Assembly: GCF_964188315.1 (NCBI RefSeq)
Contig: NC_135660.1
Location: 7,254,001-7,318,000, forward strand
Source: Podarcis muralis
Taxonomy: Eukaryota
Reading direction: 5' to 3'
DNA length: 64,000 nt
A program made the position numbers and the translations under genes. The notes under the pieces were generated by a model that was not told the DNA's origin, did no database searches, and saw only the letters and a program-made list of their open reading frames with translations. Of the stretch, positions 23,450 to 34,482 are shown piece by piece. Each line of letters starts with the position of its first letter. Positions within the stretch are counted from its first letter, which is position 1.

Positions 23450-25310
23450 TTTCCTTTTACGTGGAAGCAAGTTCTGCTGACTTCTTTGGGTCTTACTTGA
23501 GAGTAAGCTTGCACAGAATTGCATGGGGGATAAAATGGAACCCTGAGAAACCCCACACTGTGGGCTCCGTGGGGCTAAAGAGCACTCCCCAAGTATCACT
23601 CTCCAGAAACGTCCATCCAAGCAGGGCCAGAAACACCGCAAATCAATGCCACCCACGCTTTAACTCGGACAGCCTCTCCAGAATTATACCACTGTTGATG
23701 GTATCGAAAGCCGCTGAGAGGTTGAAAAGAACAGACAAGGACACATGTCCCCTATCCCTCTCTCAGCAGAGGTCATCATACCAGGTGACCAATGCAGTTT
23801 CTGTGCCAAAACCAGGCCTAAACCCCAATTAAAACAGATCTAGAAAATCAGTTTCTTCCAAGAGCGCCTGGATCTGGTCTGCGACCACTTGCTCAAGAGT
23901 CTTGCCCAAGAAGGGGAGATTGGCAACTTTACTTATATTTTCCAAATCTGGGGAGAGTTTATTGAGGAGTGGTTTTACTACTGCCTCCTTCAAGCAGGCA
24001 GGTTCTACCTCCATTGCAAGGAGGCATTAATCACCTCCCTGGCCCAGCCAGCTGCCCTCTCCCTGTTAGTTTTCATCAGCCAAGGAGGCAAGGGTCCAGA
24101 GTGCAAGTGGTCGCCCTGACCGATCCAAGCACCTTGTCCACATCCTCAAGCCTTACTAGCTGAAACTCATCTAACAGGATTAGGTAAAAGGTCCCCCCCA
24201 AAAGGGTAAAGGACCCCTGACAGTTATGTCCAGTCAAAGGCGACTATGGGGTTGCAGTGCTCATCTCGCTTTCAAGCCGAGGGAGCTGGTGTTTGTCCAC
24301 AGACAGCTTTCCACGTCATATTGCCTGCATGACTAAACCGCTTCTGGCGCAATGGAACACCGTGACGGAAACCAGAGCACATGGAAATGCCATTTACCTT
24401 CCCACTACAGCGGTACCTATTTATCTACTTGTGCTTGTATGCTTTTGAACTGCTAGGTTGGCAGGAGTTGGGACAGAACAACGGGAGCTCACCCTGTCAC
24501 AGGGATTCGAACTGCCAACCTTCTGATCGGCAAGCCCAAGAGGCTCAGTGGTTTAGACGACAGCGCCACCCGCACTTTACCTTTTTTTATAAGACTAAAC
24601 AGTGTTGTGGACACCTTTCATGATTCATCTGCTGCAGCAGTGGAGTCAAGCTCCCTCGAAATGCTTTGCAAATAAGTCACAGTGAGCTGCCATCGGTTCT
24701 GTCACCACCTTTGAGCCAGACTGTAAAAAGCCTCGCACTGCCTGGAAAAGCTCTGTTGGACGGCACAATGAGGAGGCAGCAGAGGCAGCAAAGTAGGCCT
24801 TCTTTTCTGTCTTCACTGCCATGAGGTAGGCTCAGTGATGAGCCCCCAGCAATGTTCGGTTGCATTCATCCGGCTCTTTCCTCCACTTGCGTTTGAGCTG
24901 TCTTGTTTCCTTGCCCTAAGCTCTCGAGTATACCAGGGAGCCAAGCGGGCTCTGCAAAGTGGGAGAGGTGCTCAGGGGCGATCATGTCAACAGCCCGAGC
25001 CATTGGGATGTTCCGGAGGTCAGCCAGGGCTTCAACAGGGGTGCCAGTCATATCAGCTGGAAAATCCCCCAGAGCCATTTGGAATCCCACTGGATCCATC
25101 AGTCTCCAAGTCCCCTTCCTCTGCAGAGGGGAAAAGGTGCTGACAGCCTAAATCTCAACAGGGAGTGATTGGACCATGACAAGGGACTGATGTCAATGTC
25201 CCCCACTTTTAGATCACCTTGCCCTGTCGAGAAAACCATAAGTTGTTGGAGGCTGCTCTTATCCCTGACCACTGGCCAATGGGAGTCGGGCATCTGGACA
25301 GCCATGAGTT
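23450..25310 (-). mobile_element. L2-clade LINE fragment (degraded RT and upstream region), interrupted by a Sauria SINE
   Basis: Minus-strand peptides in mixed frames: CGVSQGSILSP; LKEAVVKPLL...ANLPFLGKTLEQVVADQ...TDFLDLF; PLSWSNHSLLRFRL. These are typical L2 ORF2 motifs with frameshifts and stops. Confidence 0.75.
24201..24572 (-). mobile_element. Sauria SINE
   Basis: Same head, core and tail as the other copies, in reverse orientation. Confidence 0.9.
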
Positions 25311-25621
25311 CCCCACTCCTGATTGATGCACAGCTCCCTGAGCCCCAGTTGCTCTGCTCTCAGCCTATTGTAGGTGTGATACAGTGATTAGTATCTGACT
25401 AGGACCTGGGAGATGAGGGTTCAAGCCTGCACTCAGCCGCGAAGCTCACTGGGTGACCTTGGTCACTGCCTCTCAGGATTGCTGTGGGGATTTAATGAGG
25501 GGGAGAACTAGATGCACCACCTCGAGCTCCTTGCAGAAAAGAGGGGGCGATAGAGAGGCAATAAAAGAAGCTCAAGGTTTAATTCCTCCCATAAAGGGGG
25601 GGATATAAATGCAGTCTATCA

Positions 25622-25974
25622 GGTGACGTGGGTGGCGCTTTGGGTTAAACCACAGAGCCTAGGACTTGCCGATCAGAAGGTCGGCAGTTCGAATCCCCGC
25701 GACGGGGTGAGCTCCCGTTGCTCGGTCCCTGCTCCTGCCAACCTAGCAGTTCGAAAGCACGTCAAAGTGCAAGTAGATAAATAGGTACCACTCCGGCAGG
25801 AAGGTAAACAGCATTTCCGTGCACTGCTCTGGTTCGCCAGAAGCGGCTTAGTCATGCTGGCCACATGACCCGGAAGCTGTACGCTGGCTCCCTCGGCCAA
25901 TATAGCAAGATGAGCGCCGCAACCCCAGAGTCGGACACGACTGGACCTAATGGTCAGGGGTCTCTTTACCTTTT
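25622..25974 (+). mobile_element. Sauria SINE, full length
   Basis: ggtggcgctttgggttaaaccacagagcctagg...ggtcaggggtctctttacctttt. Confidence 0.92.
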
Positions 25975-26854
25975 AAGGTAGTCTTTATGTGAGTATATTG
26001 TATTCAATTATGGGGTATCAGAGTTTTTAGGGTGGGATAGCAGGCTTTTGAATGTCTGATGTAGATTTTTTCAATTTTGTTGTTCTGCATGGGACAATGA
26101 CAATAAAGATTATCGTATCGTACCCCCACCCAAGGGACATCTAGTCCAGCCCCCTGCAATGCAGGAATCGCAGCTAACGAATCCCCAGCAGATGGCCATC
26201 CAACTGGTCTTATAACCCTCCAAGGAAGGAGAGCCCACCGCCTTCTGAGGGAGTCGAACAGCTCTTACCATCTCAATCTTAGCACCCTTTTGGGGTTATC
26301 AGCAAAGCACCTTCCCCTCTCCCTCCCTGTCCCTCTTTAGCTGTTTGGAAATGTCTGCAGTCCTGTGGTTAGTCATCCAGCTGCCTCCCTCGTCTTTCAG
26401 CTCTTCCAAAGATGCTCTGCTGCAGCTGCCAAGCTGATGCTGCACCACCAGAATTAGGTGTGAGGTGCCTGGCCGCCCACACAGGCTTGAGCATCAGAAC
26501 GATGATGCTCCCCTTGTATTTCTATTAGCTCTGCATTGCAAGGAGGGCGGGGGAATAAGAGTCTGTGTGCACAACACCATTAGTGTCGCTCATGACCTAG
26601 ATTTATCTCTCTTTTGGACTGGGCTAGTGGAGGAAATGTAAGCCTCACTCTTCAGCTGCCACTTTGGGAGCAGTTGGCGTTAATTTGGTTCCTTTCCCAT
26701 GTGCTCTCTGGGGATTTGTCAATTCATCGCTGAAGGTTTGCAACAAGCTCGTTTAAAAGGGGTTGGAGAAATCTTCCCCAAGGTGGACCGTGAAGTCTCT
26801 GACAGGGAGCTTGGAGGCTGGGTGGCATGAATGTGGACCCCGTTGTTAGGGAAC

Positions 26855-27960
26855 GGGCAGGACAGTTCCCAAAAATACAAGTAGAGCCCTTCTGGATCAG
26901 ACCAATGGGCCATGTCGTCCAGCATCCTGTTCTCGCAGTGACCAACCAGATGCCAGTGGGAAACCAGCAAGCAGGATCCGTGCGCAAGAGCAACTCTCCC
27001 CTCCTGTAGTTTGCAGAAAGTGGTATTGGGAAGCGTCGCTAGAGGGTCGCCAGCATGGCTAGCAGCCATCAGCAGCCCTCTCCTCTGTGGATTTTTATAG
27101 TCCTCTTTTTAAGCCATCAAGGCTGGTGGACAGCACTGCCTCTTGTGGGAGCAAGTTCGCGATGCGATGCATGAAGAAAGGTTTTATGTTATCTGTCCTG
27201 AATCTTCCAGCATTCAGCTTCATTGCCTGCCCACAAGTTCTAGTTAGTACTGAGGGAGAGAGAGAGAAACTTACCCACTTTTGCTGTGTGATGCATGACT
27301 TTATAAACTCCTATCGTGTTGCTTCTTACCGCAAGCGCTGCAATGTTTTCTCGTAGGGGAATTGCTCCATCCGTGTGAGCATTTTTGGTTGCCCTTTTCC
27401 AACTCTGTAATATCCATTTTGAGGGACACGGGTGACGCTGTGGGTAAAAGCCTCAGCGCTTAGGACTTGCCGATCGCATGGTCGGCGGTTCGAATCCCCG
27501 CGGCGGGGTGCGCTCCCATCGCTCGGTCCCAGCGCCTGCCAACCTAGCAGTTCGAAAGCACCCCCGAGTGCAAGTAGATAAATAGGGACCGCTTACTAGC
27601 AGGAAGGTAAACGGCGTTCCGTGTGCTGCGCTGGCTCGCCAGATGCAGCTTGTCACGCTGGCCACGTGACCCGGAAGTGTCTGCCAACAGCGCTGGCTCC
27701 CGGCCTCTAGAGTGAGATGAGCGCACAACCCTAGAGTTGGACACGACTGGCCCGTACGGGCAGGGGTACCTTTACCTTTTTTAATATCCATTTTGAGGGG
27801 AGCTGACCAGAACTGTATACAGTATTCCAAATGTGGTTGCACCATAGATTCGTATAATGGCATTATGATATTGGCAGCTTTATTTCAGGTGATCCCTGGC
27901 ATGGGATTTGCCCTTTTCACAGTCATAATACACCGAGTTGACATCTTCACTGAGCTCTCC
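26855..27960 (-). mobile_element. CR1 LINE 3' fragment, split by a Sauria SINE
   Basis: Minus frame gives [27 protein letters not shown] (CR1 RT C-terminal motif), continuing into the CR1 3' UTR; interrupted at 27423-27781. Confidence 0.8.
27423..27781 (+). mobile_element. Sauria SINE (distinct subfamily) with 15-bp TSD
   Basis: Sauria head and core; flanked by taatatccattttga at 27408-27422 and 27782-27796. Confidence 0.92.
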
Positions 27961-28065
27961 ATCATGACCCCAAGGTCTTGTTCCTTGTCCATCACTGCCA
28001 GTTCAGACCCCATGAACATATATGTGAAATTACACGTAAATGATGGTGTGTTATGCCCATGAAAG

Positions 28066-28118
28066 ACACACACACACACACACACACACATACACACACA
28101 AACACAAACACACACACA
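28066..28118. repeat. Imperfect (CA)n microsatellite
   Basis: Seen directly. Confidence 0.9.
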
Positions 28119-28844
28119 CGTGTGCACATACTGGTTCAGTCTTTGAGCTCGTGCACCCTTGGTGGGTGAGAGGCATGTAGTGGGAACTCTGTGACAGGGA
28201 AGTCATGACCTGACACCGCCTTGCTTAAAACTCAGCTGCTGTAGTTTTCGAAGCCTTGGCAAGCACATGCTGGAATATTCTCCAGAACGGAAGCTGTGGG
28301 CAGCACACAACGACTTCACTGCTGTACTCCTGTGTTAAAGTAGGTCATGTGAGTCAGTCCTGACTTGGGACATCTTATAGTCTGATTGAAGCATTTTTCA
28401 TTTGAATCTCAATTAAAAGGCTGTGAGAGTAGGTGGCAGATGGGTGTTGCGTTGCAGGGATGGGACTGGAATATCTCCCGGAGGGCAGGGGGCTCAGAAG
28501 ATATTGCATGTGTCACTGCTTAGCCCATTTGCAAAGCTTTGCAATGGCCTTTTCTCAGACGCTTATTTAACAACTCACCATAGGCGACCAGGAAGTTCAT
28601 GCAGGTGAGTGCAAGGGATTCTATGTAGGCAAGTGAGCAGGCTGGCGCCGGGGGCAAGGGCCGCTCCATCCCTCCTCCATTAAGCTGCTTGGTGTTACAT
28701 GCAAATGAAGTAATTTTGGTTTTCGTCTTGCAGCAGCATGGAAAGTGAATTACTTTATTCCCCCTCCTCCAGTCTGCTTGGTGGAGGGCTTCTATTTTTT
28801 AGCTAATCCCTTAACATGCTGGTAAAAAGACAACAACAACCCCC

Positions 28845-29183
28845 AGATTCAGGTAGGTAGCCATGTTGGTCTGACACAGTAGAAATATATTTTAAAAATT
28901 AAAAAATTGTCCAGTAGCACCTTAGAGACCAACTAAGTTTGTTCTTGGTATGAGCTTTCGTGTGCAAGAACAAACTTACTTGGTCTCTAAGGTGCTACTG
29001 GACAGGTTTTTTTTATTTATCAGACCAACACGGCTACCTACCTGAATCTAGAACCATGGTAGGCACCACATTGAGCCGCATGAAATGAAATGGAAGTCCA
29101 TCAAGGTATCTGAAGAAGTGTGCATGCACACGAAAGCTCATACCAAGAACAAACTTAGTTGGTCTCTAAGGTGCTACTGGACA
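28845..29183. mobile_element. Penelope-like element remnant arranged as an inverted duplication
   Basis: Arms 28845-28874/29020-29049 and 28908-28946/28966-29004 are inverted repeats, with a third copy of the inner arm at 29145-29183. The hammerhead motif and inverted terminal segments are features of Penelope-like elements; the family call is from memory. Confidence 0.65.
29105..29144 (+). ncRNA. Minimal type I hammerhead ribozyme motif
   Basis: GGTAT (helix I 5') - CTGAAGA (CUGANGA core, 29110-29116) - A - GTGTGC-AT-GCACAC (helix II) - GAAA - GC - TC (predicted cleavage after C29139) - ATACC (helix I 3', complementary to GGTAT). Helix III is reduced to the palindrome AGCT. Confidence 0.8.
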
Positions 29184-32100
29184 TTTATTTTTATTTTTTA
29201 TATATATTTCAACAACAATCCCTACAGGCTAGTAACTTGCATGTGTTAATTTACAAAACTGGCTTCTCTAGCTGTCATTTGCCACCCGTAGGCAGTCCAT
29301 GCAATTTACTAGAGTATGGTAATCTCTCTGCAGATAATCTGATGCCTGTCTTCCACTCGGCCGTGAGGCTCACTGGGTGACCTTGGGCCAGTCACAGTCT
29401 CTCAGCCTAGCCTACCTCACAGGGTTGTTGTGGGGATTAAATGAGGAAGGGGAGAACCATGCATGCCAATATAAGTTCCTTGGAGAAAATAAGTGCTGTA
29501 TAAATGCAACAAACAAACAAAGGACTCTGTGTTTAATTCCACCCATAAAGGTTGGTTTATAACCCTTTGGAGTTATACAGAATGGTTCCTCAGCTTAGGT
29601 GTTCAGGGACGGAGGGAAAAGGGGGTCTGATTATGATGTGTTGGGGAGAAGAGACACGTTTGTGGCAGGTGATGGTGGCTGCTCAGCATTTCATGCATTC
29701 CCAAGCATTTTTCTGCCTTCTGCACTGGGAGGCTCACAGCCATAGCAGAGCACCACTGAGGTGACAGCAAGCTGAGGGAGCTTCATTTGTAAGTACAGAA
29801 CCATGTTCTGTCAGATCCTTTCGAGAACGTTTGGAGATGTGTGTCAGGACCCTGAGAAAGTGTTACTACCATCCCAGCACACGATGAAGACTTGGCTTAT
29901 TTAATGACACTACGGTCCGGAGTTATCGTTGATCACAAACCAAACCCCCATAGAGGCTGTGATTCAGGACAGTCAACTTCGTCACAAGCTGAATAAAGTG
30001 TGCAGCAGGTCTGGGGGGTTGTGCTACAACCCTTTAGAGGTGTTCAATGCCCGCAGCAGGAGAACCAAGATGTAGCTGTTTTGTCCTGCGTCAGCTGCAG
30101 AAGAGGAAGGGGCTTTGTTGGAATGTTCCTTCAAAACGCAGGTCCCTGCACCTAGAAAACTAGCATATTTTTGGGGAAAGCTAACCCAGAGCTTGCTAGT
30201 TTTAACTTGCTAGTTTTCTATGGGCAGGCAGGGCATGGGTGAGGTGAAATATAGGAAACTGCTTTATATTGAGCCATTTCATTAGCTTGTTTTGCTCAGT
30301 ATTGTCTACAGTGACCAGAAGTGGCTTCCCAGTGATTCAGGCAGGGGACTTTCCAAGCCTCACCTGGCAGTGACAGGAATTGGACCTGGGTCCTCTGTAC
30401 CCTTGATTCCAGATGTGTGCAGACTGGCAATGATCACATTCAGTGGCGAGGGCGGTTGCACTTTACATATGCTCAGAGTTCTGCTTGCCTCTACTCTTGC
30501 CTCATCATGTCTTCCAAGGCTACGGTCTACCAGCAAAAAGCAAATTCTGGGGCCGAATCCTGGCTAAATGCAAGCCTTGGGCCTCGCCTGCCCAGGACTT
30601 GTTTAGCAGCTGAGGCGGAACAGAGCAGCTGGTCTAGTGAGAGTCGGAAAGCCATGAAGGGCAAATGCTACATCGCTGCTGGGAATATTTCTCGCAGCTG
30701 GAGAGAAGCTTTCCCTGCTGTTAACCCCGCCGTTTCCATCCTTCCTCTGCTTGCTTGCAACAGTCTTTTGAGGGTGTGCTGCAGGAAAGAGTCTCCCTCT
30801 CCGCTGGCTTTATGTGAAACGTGGCCTAGGCCACATTACTTCCACTCTAAGCGCAACGGGGAACCCGGGCAAACATTCAGGATATTCCATGGAAACTGCC
30901 GGAAGCCACAGCCAAGTCAATACCATCTATTGGTGCTTGCTTGTGCGATGGAAGTCCTGACGGGTGATCTATTAACAGGCTTAGATTGGGGAGACAGGTG
31001 TGGGTTCCTGTGTTTGTGTCTGTGTTGTGTTTGCTTTTGAGACTGTGCTTATGACTTGCCTGGGTCTTGAGCTTCATTCTCAGCCTTCTGCAGCATCTTC
31101 CCAGAGGGATGGAGTAGCTTATTCTCCTGGCTTTTGCTTCTTTGTCCTGCTTTGACTCGCTGCCTCCCCGATGGAAAGAGGCTGTTCTAGAAATGCACTG
31201 AGTTGTGAAGAAAGCTTCCATGGTCCCAGGGTGGGGAGAGGGAGAGGAGGAGATGGAAAGGTCATGTGCGCTTTATCCCTCTCCCCCCCAGCCCCCAGTA
31301 CATGCCCTGGGATAAACTGGGGTAGCTGTAACCCTCACTATTACCCCAATTTATCCCAGGGCATGTACAAGGGGGAAATTGTTAAGTGCACAAGACCTTT
31401 CCTTCTGCCTATAATGTGCATATTTCCTACCAGGATTTGTGTCCTGCCCAATAACTAAGGCTCTCTGGGCACTGAACAATGCAACTTCGAAGCCACAGCA
31501 TTTTAGAAAAGCGAGTGGCAAAGCAATGATCAGAATTGAAAAGAAAGGAAGAGGCGAGAGAGAGAGAGAAACCACCAGCAGCAAACCATATTTTTTTAAA
31601 ACCAAAGAAAAGCTAACCCAACGAGCCTTTTAGGTGGAGATTTTTATCCCAATCTGTATTGGATCTGGAATGATTTTTATATAGAGAGAGAGATAGCATT
31701 GTTTTAATTGGTCTTTAACTATACGACATTAAATCTATGTTTTTGCAGGTTTATGTTTTTTAATTGTTTTAATTGTTATATTTTTTTATTGTTAAACGAC
31801 TTTAATATTTTTCAGAGGAAGCTATTCAGAAATGAAAAGAAATTCTTCCTTCCCCTGTGTCAATAAAAATATATTGACCTGTGTGCGCTATTCCGTATAA
31901 TGTAGAAGACCATTTTGGCATTAAGTGGTACATTAATCAGAGGATGATGATGAAAACAAATTTAATAAATGCATCACACCCACTCCATAACTTGGGGCAC
32001 CACACTTGAAAATAATGCCCTCTTCCTAATGGCTTCCTCATTTGGCAAGTGCATCCAGAGAAGGGCCTTTGAGATGACCTTGGGTTTGAGCAGCTCTTTG

Positions 32101-32677
32101 CGAGGGGAGGTCGTGCTGTGGGAAACACAAGAACATTCCTACTGGATCAGCCCATCTAGGTCAGCATCCTGTTCTCACAGTGGCCAACTAGATGCCTGTG
32201 GGAAACCCTTGAGCAGGATTCTAGCACAAGAGCAACTCTCCCCTCCTGTGGCTTCCAGAAACTGCTGTTCAGATGCATTATTGTGAGGTCCACAGTTCAT
32301 CTAAGTGCTGCCTTAAGACATCTAAAGCTTCATAGATTAAAATAAAAATCCACATTTTGAATTGGGCCCAGAAATGGACTTGTGTTGGTGACAGGAAAAC
32401 CCTGTTGTGATATGATACCCACAGTCAGTCCCTGTTGATAACTTTTCTGTCGAGTTTTGGGCCAGCCAAAAGGGGTACCGTTTTGCCTCGTACTAAAACA
32501 TGTGAGGGAAATAGATTAATTTACCTAACAAACCACTGTTTAGAATTTGGATTGCTGTTCATTAGAGGTAAAATGCAGCAGCAGGTATATTGAGATGCGG
32601 CAACAGCTGCGGTATAAAGGCTTGCCCATAAAAACCCAGGTTCTGTAATCTTTAATTTTGAAAAAAATAAATAACTA

Positions 32678-32923
32678 GGGCAGTATCCAGCTAAGCAGTT
32701 TTGCTAGAAACCTTTGGCTACAGAACACAAATTCTCCTCCTCTCCCTATATGCCCCCTGTGAGTCCCCTAAACATGCTCTGGAGGGCTGGGGTAAAAAAC
32801 CCAAAAAACCTAATGTGTTTTAGGGGGTGGAGTGCACAGGGAGAGGAAAGGAGAGGAAGAGGAAGTTTTATTTCACAACAAGAAGTGTTTGCGCAAGAGA
32901 AACTGTTTAGCTGAATACTACCA
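32678..32923. mobile_element. Putative non-autonomous DNA transposon (MITE), degraded
   Basis: Imperfect terminal inverted repeats gggcagtatccagctaagcagtttt / aaactgtttagctgaatactacca. Confidence 0.45.
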
Positions 32924-33706
32924 GTAGGTTGCGGGGGGCGGGTGGGTGTTGCATCGATGTGTGTACAATCTGCATTTCTAAACTAATCAATCAATTAAAT
33001 TTATATACTGCCTTCCATCCAAAGGGTGGTTCGCAACATAAAAGCACAAATACATCACATAACAATAATGATTAAAAATACCCCCCCACACACACACACA
33101 AAGAGACACATTTAAAAGGCCATAGATTGTTTAACAGCCAAAGGCCTGGCTGAAGAGGAATGTTTTCACCTAGTAGGTCGATAGCATTTTTACTGGGTGC
33201 AAGCTTAATGACAGGGCCCTGAGGCTGAGAGCAAGTGACCTGTGTTTGGCTACACAGTGAGTCTAGGTTAAATGGGGACTTTTAAGCCCAGGTTGAGGAG
33301 GACCTCTCCCTCTCAGCTGTACTTTCCTCACTGAAACTGTCCAATACATTATGAAGTTGAGATCCTTTGGTAGAGCGCTTCCATGGTTCAAAGTGCATCA
33401 AGAACTGACTGCACAATCAATAATTGCAGCTTCTGTGCTTCTCTAGTTTTGGAGAAGGACACAACTCTAGACTGGGGGAGGACGGGACCTGTGGCTACTA
33501 TTCCCAAAATCCCTGATCAATGGCCAGGATGGCTGCGTCTGATAGGAGCCGGAGTCCACTAACAACTGAAGGTCTACAAGGTCCTGCATCCTTCCTCTAG
33601 TGGGGTGGGAGGTGTCCTGCTTGGTCAAGTTCCACCCACCACCATTAGGAACCCCTTTCAGATACAATACTTCATTTATAGGTGCCTCAGATATTTCATG
33701 TTTATA

Positions 33707-33953
33707 CAGTGGTACCTCAGGTTAAGAACTTACGGTAATTCGTTCTGGAGGTCCATTCTTAACCTGAAACTGTTCTTAACCTGAAGCACCACTTTAGCTA
33801 ATGGGGCCTCCTGCTACTGCTGTGCCGCCGGAGCACAATTTCTGTTCTCATCCTGAAGCAAAGTTCTTAATCCAAGGTACTATTTCTGGGTTAGCAGAGT
33901 CTGTAACCTGAAGTGTATGTAACCTGAAGCATATGTAACCCGAGGTAAAACTG
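33707..33953 (-). mobile_element. Tc1/mariner MITE, second copy
   Basis: Reverse-oriented copy of 8693-8921 with TA flanks; cagtggtacctcaggtt...aacccgaggtaaaactg. Confidence 0.85.
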
Positions 33954-33995
33954 TATTTTCCAATGGAATCATGAGGACTCAAGCATCATCTTCAT

Positions 33996-34482
33996 CAGGG
34001 CCTTCATTCATTGAGACCTTTAGAGACCCTAAGTACTTAAAAGATTTTGGTGCCCCCATATATATCTAATTCAAAATAATAATAAACCATAAAATAAATT
34101 TTAATTTTTTGAAATGAAACAAGACTTACAATAGAATGGAAAATAATACTAATTTTTGTATACTTCCACTTTATTTATATTGGGGGTGGGGGCACGGATC
34201 CTACTTTTTCTAATGGCAAGGTCTTTGATCAGATCCTCAAAACTAATCTTAAATAACACCTCTGCTTCTATACTTAGTAGAGATAAGGAATCCAGCCTGC
34301 ATTGTTGCATAGTTGTTCTGTTGTGATTTTTAATATACTTCCAGTGAGAAAATGAACACTCAGCTGAGCAATTTGTGACCATTAATATTAAAAATCAGGC
34401 AATGGAAAAATTTCTGTGGTGTCCCCCTTCCTTTGATGCCCTAAGCATGTGCTTATTTTGCTTAATGGTTAATCCAGCCCTG
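33996..34482 (-). mobile_element. hAT (Tip100-like) deletion derivative retaining the transposase C-terminal dimerisation domain
   Basis: Minus ORF 34149-34382, VTNCSAECSFSHWKYIKNHNRTTMQQCRLDSLSLLSIEAEVL...FEDLIKDLA, resembles the hAT dimerisation motif (ERSFS...RL..L..L.IE). Termini cagggcc... / ...ttaatccagccctg. Confidence 0.7.

Noticed and set aside
29840-30028. Possible second solo LTR (TGT...AATAAA...ACA)
   Set aside because: No matching target-site duplication found.
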